Below, piece after piece: positions 10,699 to 21,896 of a DNA stretch of 64,000 bases. Origin of the DNA: Planktothrix sp. GU0601_MAG3 (GTDB lineage Bacteria; Cyanobacteriota; Cyanobacteriia; Cyanobacteriales; Microcoleaceae). The stretch is from assembly GCA_035193785.1 (NCBI GenBank), contig CP136572.1, positions 384,001-448,000 of the forward strand, written 5' to 3'. Both the position numbers and the translations under genes were made by a program. Every line of letters begins with the position of its first letter. The first letter of the stretch is position 1. Below the pieces are notes generated by a model that had not been told where the DNA came from, made no database searches, and saw nothing but the letters and a program-made list of their open reading frames with translations.

Positions 10699-12202
10699 AT
10701 GAACAACTTTTTTGGACAACTCCGACAAAAACTGAGCAAACCTGTACTGTTTGGCCTATGTGGAGCAGTGGGTTGTTTAGGTGCGGCCACATTATTGGGT
10801 GAACCGCTATTACAATTAACAAAAATTTCCCCCAAAGTCGATCAATCTCCCTTAGCCATTGTGCTATTAATTGATACTTCTGGCAGTATGAATGACGATG
10901 GCAAACTCCGAGAAGTCAAAACCGCGGCTCAAGCCTTTGTGCAACGGCAAGATTTATCAGAAAATCGTTTGGCTGTATTTGGTTTTGGGAGTAATATTCA
11001 AGCTGCTGCCCGTTTAACCGATAATAAACCTACCTTAGAACAAGCGATCGCCCAAATTTCTGATGGGGGCGGGACAAACATGGATCAGGCTCTACTGGCT
11101 GCGACTCAAGAACTCCAGTCAACCTCACAACGGCGCAATATTCTGTTATTTACCGATGGACAACCGGGATATGCCGGAGCCAACCTCGACCGGGAAAAGG
11201 CAAAAACCTTAGAGGCCATGGGAATCGCCACATCCGAGGGTATTAACTTAGTTGCTGTGGCTACGGGGGATGCGGATACCAATTTTCTCGCTAAATTAAC
11301 GGGCGACCCTGACCGGGTTTTTTATGTCAACTCCGGTGACTTTGACCAAGCCTTTCGACAAGCCGAAAAAGCCATATATAGCAGTCAATTAGTCGAATCC
11401 GGCCCAACGGGAAATTATGGGGTTGTTTACTCCCTGCTGCGCATTGGCGGATGGACGGCACTTTTGGCTATTGGTACATCCCTAGCCTTAATTGCTGGCC
11501 AAAACTATTACCTCCGTCGCCGTCTCCTGACCCCCAAACAAGTGGGTATGGGTATTGTCGGGGGTTTAATGGCGGGACTGGTGGCCGGAGGAGTGGGTCA
11601 ACTATTGTTTATTCCCTTTGCTGGGATTCCGATTCTGGCCATTGGGGGCAGAATTATCGGTTGGGCAATTTTGGGCTCGGTGGTCGGGGGGGGAATGTCT
11701 TTCTTTGTTCCCAACTTGCAATGGGGGCGGGCGGTACAGGGCGGCGCCCTCGGTGGAAACGGCCGGAGCCCTTGGATTTCTGATTGTTTCGGCGGTATCG
11801 GGTGATTTAGTTGGGCGATTAATCGGGGCGGCAATTATTGGGTTTTTTATTGGTTTAATGATCGCTTTAATTGAACAATTCAGTCGGGAATCTTGGTTAA
11901 TTGTTTATTGGACACCGAACGAACAAACGAAGATCAATTTAGGAGCAGAACCAGTTTTATTAGGCAGTTCAGAAAATAACCATATTTACCTAAGAAAAAG
12001 TCAAGGATATCCCCCTATTACTGCCAAAATCTACACCGAAGGAGAAAAAATTATTATGGAATTTGACGAGGAAATGAAGGAAAGGGGGATGAAAATTCTC
12101 AAGCAAGAACTCCATGATGGAGAACAAAGAAAATTAGGAGATGTCACCCTAGAAGTTAGAACTACTAACAGTAATATCACCAAAGAATTAGCAGACTCTT
12201 AA
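10699..12202 (+). CDS. VWA-domain membrane protein with C-terminal FHA-like region (apparent frameshift)
   Basis: MIDAS DTSGSM, GGGT, LFTDG; Gly-rich transmembrane helices; soluble beta-rich tail. Confidence 0.8.
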
Positions 12203-12310
12203 ACTCTCACGCCCCGTTGTTGGGATGAGTGCCCCTCTTGGATCGCCAGATCATAATAATAGAGTTTTGAGGATCTGCGCCCAAGCGCAACAATCGGATT
12301 TTTTTATGAT

Positions 12311-12334
12311 ATACTAAACTAAACAGTTTAGTAT
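12311..12334. promoter_or_regulatory. Probable TetR operator upstream of devB
   Basis: Perfect 10-bp inverted repeat ATACTAAACT-AAAC-AGTTTAGTAT, 24 bp before the devB ATG. Confidence 0.65.
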
Positions 12335-12358
12335 GAAAATTGGGCGGGAGGAAAAATT

Positions 12359-13661
12359 ATGGTACGCCAAACAACAGTCGGTAAACTTTCATCCCCGAAA
12401 TTACCCCATGGGGGGATTTTAGTTGCTGTAACCACCCTAGCCATAAGTGGTTTAACAGCCTATACCTTCTGGCGGTATCGTCCCACTCCCGTCGAACCCG
12501 CAGCCCTACCGGAAACCATTGTCCAAGAGGCAAAAACCGTTACGGCGTTAGGTTGGTTAGAAACCCCAGGGAGAAATTATTAAACTATCCGCCCCCCAGT
12601 CCAACCAAGGGAGTCGGGTGGATCAATTATTGGTGAAAGAGGGTGACTTGGTGGAGGCGGGACAAGCGATCGCCATTTTGGATAGTCGAGAGCGGCTACA
12701 AGCGGCCCTAGAACAAGCTGAAACTGAAGTAGAAGTAGCCGTTGCCCGTTTAGAACAAGTTCAAGCCGGGGCGAAACGGGGGGATATTCAGGCTCAAAAA
12801 GCCCGATTTCAGGGCAACCAAGCGGAGTTAGATGGGCAAATTATCACCCAAAAAGCCACCATTGCCACCTTAGAAGCCCAACTGCGGGGGGAACGTAGCG
12901 CCCAAGAAGCTACCCTAGACCGAATTCAAGCGGAACTCAACAACGCCGAAACCAACTGTCAACGCTACGACAACCTATATCAAGATGGGGCCGTATCCGC
13001 CCAAGATCGGGATAGTCAATGTTTGCAGGCTGAAACCAGTCGCAAACGGTTACAGGAAGCCCAAGCCAACCTGAATGAAACCGTTAGCAGCCGCACGGAA
13101 CAAATTCGAGAGGCCCAAGCTAACCTGAGCCGCACCATCGCCACCGTTGACCAACAAATTGCTGAAGCGGAAGCTACCTTAACGGCCGTTAGCGAAGTCC
13201 GTCCAGTGGATGTACAGTTAGCTAAAAGTGAGTTAACTAAGGCTCAAGCCTCTGTTAAACAAGCTAAAGCTAATTTAGAACAGGCCTATGTGCGATCGCC
13301 CCAAGCCGGACGGGTGATCGAGGTGAATACCCACGCCGGAGAACTAATTTCTAATGAAGGTATTGTTGAATTGGGACAAACCGAACAAATGTATGCTGTT
13401 GCTGAAGTTTATGATAGTGATATTCCTAAAATCCATGCGGGACAAACAGCAACTATTACGGCGGATGCGCTACTCCAACCGTTAAAAGGTACTGTTGAAG
13501 AAGTTGGGTTAAGAGTCAAAAAACAAAGTGCTTTAGATATTGATCCGACCACAAATATTGATGCTAGAGTGATCGAAGTTAGAGTTAAATTAGATGATAT
13601 TTCTAGCAAAAAAGCCACGAGTTTAACTAATTTACAAGTTAAGGTCACAATCACTCAGTAA
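12359..13661 (+). CDS. devB: ABC exporter membrane fusion protein, DevB family (apparent frameshift)
   Basis: VTALGWLEP, LLVKEGD lipoyl half-motif, coiled coil, AEVYDSDI, DARVIEV. Confidence 0.88.
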
Positions 13662-13692
13662 TTCATAATTCATAATTCACAACTCGTAATTT

Positions 13693-14870
13693 ATGATCGG
13701 ATTTATACGGAGATTAGTAAATAGAACACCGTTGGGATGGTTGCAATTAAGTCATGATAAAGCCCGGATGTTAGTGGCTTTATCAGGAATTGCCTTTGCG
13801 GATGTTTTGATTTTTATGCAATTGGGATTTCAAACAGCATTATATGATAGTAATACCAGATTGCATAATCATTTAGATGCGGATATTTTTATTATTAGTC
13901 CCCAAGCCAGAAATTTAGTGAATTTATCAACTTTACCCCGGCGGCGTTTATATCAAGCTATGGATGTTCCGGGGGTGAAATCCGCAGATGCCTTATATGT
14001 TAATTTTTCCGATTGGAAAAACCCAAAAACCGGGAAAAAAACGGCGATTTTAGTCATCGGATTTGATCCCAATCATTCGGCTTTCAATTTACCCGAAATT
14101 CAACAAAATTTAGACGTAATTAAACTCCCTGATCAGGTTTTATTTGATCGGTCTTCGAGGGGAGATTATCAAGAAGTTATTGCTAAAGTTGATCAAGGTG
14201 AAATTGTTAGTATACCGAATTAGAAAAACGCACCCTCAAAATTGCGGGATTATTTAACGTGGGGGCTTCCTTTGCGGCGGATGGAACATTAATTACCAGC
14301 GATCGCAATTTCTTACAATTATTTCCCCGAAGAAAACCAGGGGGAATTAGTGCTGGAATGGTTAAAGTTAAACCGGGTTATGATGTGCAAAAAGTAGCAA
14401 CAGACCTCCAAAATTATTTACCAAAAGATGTACAAGTTTTAACCAATGAACAATTTTTAGCCTTTGAAAAGGATTATTGGTCAAAGAATACTGCGATTGG
14501 ATTTGTGTTTAGTTTAGGGACAGCCATGGGGTTTGTGGTCGGGGTGATTATTGTTTATCAAGTTTTGGCGACAGATGTTGCTGACCATACCCCCGAATAT
14601 GCTACTTTCAAAGCCATGGGATTTAAAAATGCCTATTTATTAGGGATTGTTTTTGAAGAAGCAATTATTTTAGCAATTATGGGATTTATTCCGGGTGCTA
14701 CGATTTCTATGGGCTTATATAGTTTAACCAGACAAGCTACAAATTTACCTTTATATATGACCTTATTTCGAGCAGTTCAAGTGTTAATATTAACGGTGAT
14801 CATGTGTATGTTATCCGGTGCGATCGCCACTCGTAAATTACAAGCCGCCGATCCCGCCGATATCTTTTAG
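13693..14870 (+). CDS. devC: ABC transporter permease DevC (apparent 2-nt frameshift near 14210)
   Basis: TPLGWLQL, GIAFADVLIFMQLGF, EYATFKAMG, ADPADIF C-terminus. Confidence 0.9.
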
Positions 14871-14884
14871 TTAAAACGATAGAG

Positions 14885-15349
14885 CTAATCTTTATCCGTT
14901 AAAACTGACTCGGGGCCAGTAATTACAATACCATCAGGCTGAAAAACTTTCCAATCTTCTATATCGTAGGTATAAACCTGGAAAACTCCAGCGACCAAAG
15001 CTGTAGCAGCGTGTCTAGCATCGTGAATACGACGAGCCGTTAAACTTCTATTAGCAGCTATTTCCAACATTTTTAAGCCCACCTGAAAATTGGTATCTAA
15101 AACTGCTATTTTTGAAGGATTTTCAACTAATAAACGAACACAAACCTCAGCAAATTCAGGTGTTTGAGGAGGTTGAGCACCTACCCAAGTTAATGCCGCA
15201 TAAACTTCGCTCAAAACGCCAACAGATGTACAGGCATTTAACTCTCCTCGTCTGGCGGCTTCCACAATAACTCTGGCTTCTGTATGTCGATAATCGCTAC
15301 TACATAAAGCACCAATAAAAATTCCGGCATCTAAAAAAACAATTGTCAT
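14885..15349 (-). CDS. PIN domain (VapC-like) toxin
   Basis: VFLDAG, SEVY, IHDARHAA, YTYD acidic PIN motifs. Confidence 0.85.
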   Translation of the reverse strand: MTIVFLDAGIFIGALCSSDYRHTEARVIVEAARRGELNACTSVGVLSEVYAALTWVGAQPPQTPEFAEVCVRLLVENPSKIAVLDTNFQVGLKMLEIAANRSLTARRIHDARHAATALVAGVFQVYTYDIEDWKVFQPDGIVITGPESVLTDKD

Positions 15350-15350
15350 T

Positions 15351-15563
15351 TTAATTCTCGTAAATTGCTGCTTTCCAGCCTGAAGGAACGTAACCTTCCA
15401 CAATGGGTAAAGGCTTTAATTTTTGGCTAATTTCTAATACGATAATTTCCTGCTCAGATAACTGCACTGAGAGTGTTTTTTTCTCTTTCAGTAATTCCAG
15501 AAACTCCTGAATAGAAAAACATTGAATATTATTGATTGTTAAGATTTCGTTGACATTGCTCAT
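15351..15563 (-). CDS. Putative antitoxin
   Basis: 70-aa ORF ending 1 bp before the PIN gene; LKPLPIVEGYVPSGWK tail. Confidence 0.65.
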   Translation of the reverse strand: MSNVNEILTINNIQCFSIQEFLELLKEKKTLSVQLSEQEIIVLEISQKLKPLPIVEGYVPSGWKAAIYEN

Positions 15564-15574
15564 TTTGATTTTTC

Positions 15575-15637
15575 CTAGCTTCCATAATATTCTATTATAA
15601 TGATGATATTGGTATCTAACAAGTATCTACCACTCAT
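15575..15637 (-). pseudogene. Truncated VapC (PIN) N-terminal stub
   Basis: MSGRYLLDTNII then stop after 20 codons. Confidence 0.6.
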
Positions 15638-15776
15638 TCATTATCTTCGAGCCAAGGAACAAGAAAGCAAGAGGCTGAGAACGAAAAAAACACCGAGAAG
15701 TAATGTGCTGTACTTGGCCGATACCGTTGGATTTTCTCAGATATAACCTCTCAAAGTCATATTATATTTTTTAGAT

Positions 15777-16617
15777 TTATGCTGAGTTTCCTTTCCCAAT
15801 AAATCTTCCAAAGAATTCTCGATATAAACCAGTGCTATCAACAACAACAAGATTCTTACGAGCGCGTGTAAGTGCAGCATAAATCAACTCATTGACCGAC
15901 CCTTGCTCCTCAATGCTATAAGTATTGCATATAATTAATACCAGAGTGTGTGCTTCCCATCCTTTGAATGAGTGAATAGTTGAAAGCTTAACGGTTCCAG
16001 CATTGGGCCAAAAGTGAAGTTTACGCCCTCGCCGGATGTTTTCTATATCCCTCTTAAATTCTCGATTATTTTCAGGATTTTCAACATCTTCCAGTCTATA
16101 TTTCTTCAAAAGATTTTTATATTCTTCTTCTGTCTCACCTGCATGAGTTGTACGTTCGTGCGCGACCTGCCGAAAGCGATATTCTAAAGCGCGGACTGTC
16201 TCATGTGTTGGAGCAAGAACTACTAAATCGTTTGGATGAATATCGAGTGCTAAAATTTCATCTCGTATGAGGTGGAAAATCTCTTCATCCATAATTCCTG
16301 GCTTTTCATAGTATTGAAGTTTTGCAGGTGTTTCAAAAAGGTTGCTCTGCACCACTTCTACATCGTCATCAAGTTGGTAACACCCCTTAAAATAGAAGTC
16401 TTGAAACGCTTGAGCAACAAGAAGTGTCGCTGTTTCCATCCGAAAAGACTCTTTCAATTACTAGATCAGGGCGATCGCCATTGAGAAACGGCTGAACATA
16501 AATTTCATAGTTATCATCAAGATGTCTGAGCAAGAATTCAAGCAGATGTCCCTCACCTGGCGTAAGAGGAACCCGGAAGTTATTAATATCTTTTAATGGT
16601 GGAAAACAATGTGCCAT
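15777..16617 (-). pseudogene. NERD nuclease-SF1 helicase gene with large internal deletion
   Basis: NERD-like start (TPGE, IYVQPFLNGDRPDLVI) joined out of frame near 16450 to a helicase C-terminal domain (STIHSFKGWE, YAALTRAR); no Walker A/B region. Confidence 0.72.
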
Positions 16618-16818
16618 ATATCTGTAAATAAATATACTCGATGATCATTATAAACCCCCTATTGGCATTTTACACGGATATAAACTGACAATGACTACGC
16701 TGCCACTGATAATATTTAGTGATTTTGTGGTGCTATTTTAGGAGCAGACTAGATAATATTTCCGTGTTTAAGCGGTTTCCGGTTCAAGGGATAACACCCT
16801 ACTGATCATAGTCGGTAT

Positions 16819-17391
16819 CTACCCACCCCGACTATATTTAACAGCTAGACGTTCTTCAAAACTCAAATAGGGCAGTTGATGTTCACTAAATATAAACTGT
16901 TTTTCTAAAGTTAATCCCAGTTTTTCCATCACTCGAATTGAGCCTTTATTCGCCAGTAATGCCCAAGCAATTACTCGTTTTACGCCCCATTCTAAAAACC
17001 CTTTATCTATGATAATTTCACAGGCTTCCGTTGCATATCCTTTCCCCCAACTATTATAAATCAACCGATATCCTAACGCAATTTCATCGGGTTGCACCAG
17101 ATTTAACGCTACGGCAAAAGGATGATCAACGGCGGGAAAAAAATGTACCCAACCAATCAACTCTCCGGTTGTTTTTTCAATAACAGCCCAAACCCCAAAA
17201 TATGAATATCTGCTATAATATTCCATAAATCTCGGTAATGTTTGAGTCTGAATAACTTCTTTGGGTGTGGGATGTCCACCGTTAATATATTTCATCACCC
17301 TGGGGTCGTTATCTAAATTCCATAAAAAATCAGTATCCAGTTCAGTAAACCGTCGTAAGATTAACCGTTTCGTTTCTAAAAAAATATCCAT
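16819..17391 (-). CDS. GNAT (RimJ/RimL-like) N-acetyltransferase
   Basis: LETKRLILR, WGKGYATEA, NKGSIRVMEKLG. Confidence 0.9.
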   Translation of the reverse strand: MDIFLETKRLILRRFTELDTDFLWNLDNDPRVMKYINGGHPTPKEVIQTQTLPRFMEYYSRYSYFGVWAVIEKTTGELIGWVHFFPAVDHPFAVALNLVQPDEIALGYRLIYNSWGKGYATEACEIIIDKGFLEWGVKRVIAWALLANKGSIRVMEKLGLTLEKQFIFSEHQLPYLSFEERLAVKYSRGG

Positions 17392-17406
17392 TTTTAGGGT
17401 AACTCC

Positions 17407-18162
17407 ATGCAAACTAAAATCCAAGATATCAAAGATTACACCCAACGCAATACTGCGATCGCAATTCAAAATTTAGATCATTATTTTGGTACAGGGCAAT
17501 TGCAAAAACAGGTGTTATATGATATTAGTTTAGAGATTGCCATCGGTGAAATTGTGATTATGACTGGCCCCTCTGGTTCAGGAAAAACTACATTATTAAC
17601 CTTAATTGGGGCGTTACGTTCTGTACAGTCTGGAAGTTTAAATATATTAGGACGAGAACTCCATGGTGCGCGTTCAGGAGAGTTAGTTAAAGCCCGACGA
17701 AATACAGGTTATATTTTCCAAGCTCATAATTTACATCGGAGCTTAACGACCTTACAAAATGTGCAAATGGGATTAGAAGTTCAGGGTAAATTTTCTCGTT
17801 CAGAAATGCAGCAAAAAGCCACGGCAATGTTAGAAAAAGTTGGGTTAGGAAATCGCTTAAATTATTATCCTGATAATCTATCGGGAGGACAAAAACAACG
17901 GGTGGCGATCGCCCGGGCATTAGTTAGTCATCCCCCCATTGTATTAGCCGACGAACCCACCGCCGCCCTTGATAGTCATTCCGGGAGAGATGTGGTTAAT
18001 TTGATGCAAACCTTAGCCAAAGAACAGGGTTGTACTATTTTAATTGTTACCCATGATAACCGAATTTTAGACGTGGCTGATCGAATTATTCACATGGAAG
18101 ATGGCGCATTAATAACTAATTATGAACTGACACCAAACAACAAGTTTAAATCAAACACTTAA
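17407..18162 (+). CDS. devA: ABC transporter ATP-binding subunit DevA
   Basis: GPSGSGKT, GYIFQAHNL, LSGGQKQRVAIARA, LADEPT, VTHD. Confidence 0.9.
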   Translation: MQTKIQDIKDYTQRNTAIAIQNLDHYFGTGQLQKQVLYDISLEIAIGEIVIMTGPSGSGKTTLLTLIGALRSVQSGSLNILGRELHGARSGELVKARRNTGYIFQAHNLHRSLTTLQNVQMGLEVQGKFSRSEMQQKATAMLEKVGLGNRLNYYPDNLSGGQKQRVAIARALVSHPPIVLADEPTAALDSHSGRDVVNLMQTLAKEQGCTILIVTHDNRILDVADRIIHMEDGALITNYELTPNNKFKSNT

Positions 18163-18220
18163 TGTGAATTAATTCAATAAATGATTGATTTTTTAGGATT
18201 AGAAAGTGAATCAAATTAAA

Positions 18221-18985
18221 TTAAGAACAAGCCCAACTAAAGGTTAAAATATGCTTATGTTCAGGACATTGGGTAATATGTCCGCAACCCATATCTCCAA
18301 ACATAATCGGTAAGTTATCATCGGAATCTATTTGAAAGACGAATTGCATTCTCCGTTGACATTCTGGACAGTTGGGATATTCTATATCTTGAACCCAATC
18401 GGGATAACCGGATAATTTATCTCCTATTACCACCATTGAAAATAGATCATCTTCAATTTCAGAATCAGCCGGGATATCAATAACTATTCCAAAATCAGGA
18501 CATTCAATTCTGATCAATTCCTCTGTATAATAATCATTAAAAATTAATCCCCATTCTTCAAATTCAACCCCATCGGGATAATCTGCTAATGGCTTCCATC
18601 CGATAATAGTTTTCGCAGGTAATTTATCCTGATCATAATTTACAGTAGAAATATATTGATTTGGTTCTACAATTCTGACTAATTTGTTATCTTCAAACGG
18701 AGCATAACTACTACAATTTAAACAGTAGAATAGTTGTAATAATCCGTGACCGAATTGACCGGAAAGCTCTGGCGGAATTTCGTTTAAATTCAGTTGTAAT
18801 AGCAACGCCATCGGGGTTTGACAGCATCCACAAATCGGGTAAGATTCCCGTTTATCTAACCAAGGTTGTCCCGAAAATTTAGAAGCGGTAACCCCACCAT
18901 CGCCGTCTTCAACTATTGGTTTCCAAGTTAACCTTTTATGGGCATCTCGCCAAGGTTGGAGTTGTTCCAGAATATCTGATCTCAT
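18221..18985 (-). CDS. DUF1963/YwqG family protein
   Basis: SKFSGQP, LLQLNL, KLSGYPDWVQ, QIDSD..MFGDMG. Confidence 0.82.
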   Translation of the reverse strand: MRSDILEQLQPWRDAHKRLTWKPIVEDGDGGVTASKFSGQPWLDKRESYPICGCCQTPMALLLQLNLNEIPPELSGQFGHGLLQLFYCLNCSSYAPFEDNKLVRIVEPNQYISTVNYDQDKLPAKTIIGWKPLADYPDGVEFEEWGLIFNDYYTEELIRIECPDFGIVIDIPADSEIEDDLFSMVVIGDKLSGYPDWVQDIEYPNCPECQRRMQFVFQIDSDDNLPIMFGDMGCGHITQCPEHKHILTFSWACS

Positions 18986-18992
18986 TTTATTT

Positions 18993-19379
18993 TTATCCTC
19001 CAGAACAGGATTTTAATACCCAACCGATGACAATTCCTAACCCGCCAAAACGAACCGCCTGCCAAAAAGGTTCCTTAAAAGTCCCCCAAGTCACCAAACG
19101 ACTTTCTAAATTAAATTCTATAGTTTCTAACTGTGTTTTTAACTGGTTTAATTCGTCTTTCAATTGTTGCGATTTCGTTTGACGAATTTGAGGAATAACT
19201 TCATCAATACGGTTTTTTAATTCTATTTGGCGTTGTTCGTCCCGTTGAATTTGGGCTAATCTAGCTTTAAGATCGATCAGAGATTGTTCCACCTCGATTA
19301 ACCCCTGTTCAATAGCTTGAGTCCCATCCTGATCAGAATTATTCGTTGATGGTGGTTGAGATGATGATTGACTTGCCAT
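18993..19379 (-). CDS. Conserved cyanobacterial coiled-coil protein with C-terminal TM helix
   Basis: LESRL..W..FKEPFWQAVRFGGLGIVIGW. Confidence 0.75.
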   Translation of the reverse strand: MASQSSSQPPSTNNSDQDGTQAIEQGLIEVEQSLIDLKARLAQIQRDEQRQIELKNRIDEVIPQIRQTKSQQLKDELNQLKTQLETIEFNLESRLVTWGTFKEPFWQAVRFGGLGIVIGWVLKSCSGG

Positions 19380-19423
19380 AATAATAAAAGACCGAATTCA
19401 CCCCGCAATTAAAATTATCATTT

Positions 19424-19747
19424 ATGACCAATATCAATTCCACAACTTCCGACCTTTCTAACCATAATATCAGTCCCCGCACTGCTAACCTCAGCGAGTA
19501 TAGCACATTAGAACTCGCCCAAGCCCTGTCGGAACGGTTAGCCATTCCTGAACGAGACTGGCACCGCCTCAAGTCCGACCGCAATGCCCGCGCTGGGGAA
19601 CATTTGGCCGCGGCTTTAGTATTTTTGCTCAAGAATCAGCCCAAGGAAGTCATTCCTCGGTTAAATCAAGCGGTGAGTTGGTTAGAAAGACTAATTTCTG
19701 CTCCTCCTTGTCCTACCCATGGCACAACTAAAAAAAACAAGTCATAA
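19424..19747 (+). CDS. DUF6439-like conserved protein
   Basis: ELAQAL..RL, DWHRLK, PPCPTHG motifs. Confidence 0.75.
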   Translation: MTNINSTTSDLSNHNISPRTANLSEYSTLELAQALSERLAIPERDWHRLKSDRNARAGEHLAAALVFLLKNQPKEVIPRLNQAVSWLERLISAPPCPTHGTTKKNKS

Positions 19748-19886
19748 CTATCGGAAATCAACCCTAAATTTGGGAGTTGGAATCGAGCAGTTTAGTAGGA
19801 TAAAATGAGAGATATAATCTTAACTGATAGCCGATCAACTCCCCATCAAACAGGTATTTTTGACTGATTTTAATGGATCAAAACCA

Positions 19887-20360
19887 TTACCAATCCCCTA
19901 GTCTATAAGAGGTTGCCACTTTCTTACATAACGTCAGTTCTGTTCCGGTTCGATTCCATTGCACACGATCAAAGACTTGATGGAGAATGTACAAACCTCG
20001 TCCACATTCATGTTCATCATGGGGTAAATTGGAGTCGTGGGTTTCTTGTTCGCCATCTTCCTCCCCAAGCAATTGACATTGACAAGGAGGTTTAAAACCA
20101 CCGCCCTGATCTGATATAATCCACCAACAATAATCTTGAATCAGACAAAAACGGACGACTACTGTTTTACTGGGGTCTAGCTTATTGCCGTGCTTGGCGG
20201 CATTGACAAGGGCTTCTTGTAGTCCCAGACGAATTTCGGCTTGCAACGGATCTGGAATTTCAGACAGAAGCAAGTCCAAAACCGGACAGAGATACAACGT
20301 GGAAGCAAAGCTAATTGTGACCCAGTTTCGTTTAACCGGACGCGATGTTAAAGCAATCAC
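19887..20360 (-). CDS. pmgA: Anti-sigma-factor-like ATP-binding regulator PmgA
   Basis: SFASTLYLCPVLDLL, LQEALVNAAKHGN, SDQGGGF, CGRGL. Confidence 0.82.
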   Translation of the reverse strand: MIALTSRPVKRNWVTISFASTLYLCPVLDLLLSEIPDPLQAEIRLGLQEALVNAAKHGNKLDPSKTVVVRFCLIQDYCWWIISDQGGGFKPPCQCQLLGEEDGEQETHDSNLPHDEHECGRGLYILHQVFDRVQWNRTGTELTLCKKVATSYRLGDW

Positions 20361-20771
20361 ACGGAAAACTCCCTGGCAACGTGGTGGATAAACCTCACAC
20401 CCTGTATAGTTATAAATTCTCTCCTACTCTGGAACTTAACTTTGGTGGGTGAGCGTGAGTATCCGTTCATTCATTAGATTACCAAAAGAATAGGAAAAAA
20501 CACAATTAATTTTGAAAAATAGTGTATTTTTATGTATTACAACTGAAATATAAACAATCTCAACCTTCGAGAAATCAAGGAATTTTGCAGAAAACAAGCC
20601 AAGAGGAGACTTAGATTTGACTTTTGATCCCGATGACAAAATCAACTTTTTTGATTTATCCTAATGGATGAAAGTTAGTAGCTACCGATACAAAAGATCA
20701 AATTACCCTTGATTCTTCTAATACTTATGTTAATATTATTAATGTAACTTAACATTCTTTAATAAAACTAC

Positions 20772-21674
20772 ATGATAACCCCCCCAGCGATTACCCCGGA
20801 AGTGATCCTAGGACAATATTGGCAGTGGCGGGATCAGTCGATTTACTATGTCCGTGCAGGTGAAGGTGAAGGTCATCCCCAGCGCCCACCCTTGCTTCTG
20901 GTGCATGGGTTTGGAGCATCTACTGACCACTGGCGGAAAAATATACAGGGGTTACAATCGGATTTTGAGGTCTGGGCGATTGATTTATTAGGGTTTGGTC
21001 GGTCTGCAAAACCCCAGGAACAGTATAGTGGTCAACTGTGGCGGGATCAACTCCATGACTTCATTACAGAAGTTATTGGTCAACCCGTGATTTTAGCCGG
21101 AAATTCTTTAGGGGGGTATGCCTGTTTATGTGTTGCCGCCCAATGTCCATCGACGGCTAAAGGGGTGATTTTGTTGAATAGTGCCGGGCCATTTACAGAA
21201 ACCGAACCCCGTCCCGAACCCCCCCTGCGGAAAAAAGCCGTTTCTGCTACCACGCGATCGCTTTTCCGTCAAGATTGGGTGAGTTTTCTCATTTTCCAAT
21301 GGACAAGACGCCGTTCAATTATTCGCAAAACCCTGCTGAAAGTCTATCTTAATCCCAATGCAGTTACCGATCAATTAGTCGAAGAAATCTATCGTCCGTC
21401 CTGTGATCCGGGTGCGGTGCAGGTGTTTGCCTCGGTATTCAAAAGTCCCCAAGGGGAAAAAGTCGATGTATTATTAAATCAGTTAACCGTTCCTCTATTA
21501 TTAATTTGGGGAGAAGGAGATCCCTGGATGAAATGTCAAGAACGAAGTCGCAAGTTTCACCAATATTATCCCCAGTTACAGGAATATTTTCTGAGTGCGG
21601 GTCATTGTCCCCATGATGAAGTTCCCGAACAGGTTAATAATATTATTCGGGCTTGGGTTTTAGAACAGGTGTAA
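20772..21674 (+). CDS. Alpha/beta fold hydrolase
   Basis: LLVHGFGAS, DLLGFG, GNSLGG, AGHCPHDE. Confidence 0.92.
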   Translation: MITPPAITPEVILGQYWQWRDQSIYYVRAGEGEGHPQRPPLLLVHGFGASTDHWRKNIQGLQSDFEVWAIDLLGFGRSAKPQEQYSGQLWRDQLHDFITEVIGQPVILAGNSLGGYACLCVAAQCPSTAKGVILLNSAGPFTETEPRPEPPLRKKAVSATTRSLFRQDWVSFLIFQWTRRRSIIRKTLLKVYLNPNAVTDQLVEEIYRPSCDPGAVQVFASVFKSPQGEKVDVLLNQLTVPLLLIWGEGDPWMKCQERSRKFHQYYPQLQEYFLSAGHCPHDEVPEQVNNIIRAWVLEQV

Positions 21675-21757
21675 GCTACCTTTTTGAAACTAAACTATAT
21701 TAGCTAGTGAGCGAGGACACTCACGCTGCTAATTATGATTTTAAAATTAAATACTCA

Positions 21758-21792
21758 AAGTCCCCCTTTTTTAAGGGGGATTTAGGGGGATC
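21758..21792. repeat. Cyanobacterial short palindromic repeat
   Basis: AAAGTCCCCCTTTTTTAAGGGGGATTTAGGGGGATC between convergent genes; could act as a terminator. Confidence 0.6.
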
Positions 21793-21896
21793 ATATCTGT
21801 GGAATAATCATAGATTTTTGGCAACTTTTAACACCAAGATGCGATGAATTGCAACAACGGTTTAATAATATTGATGCGATGAATTGCAACAACGGT

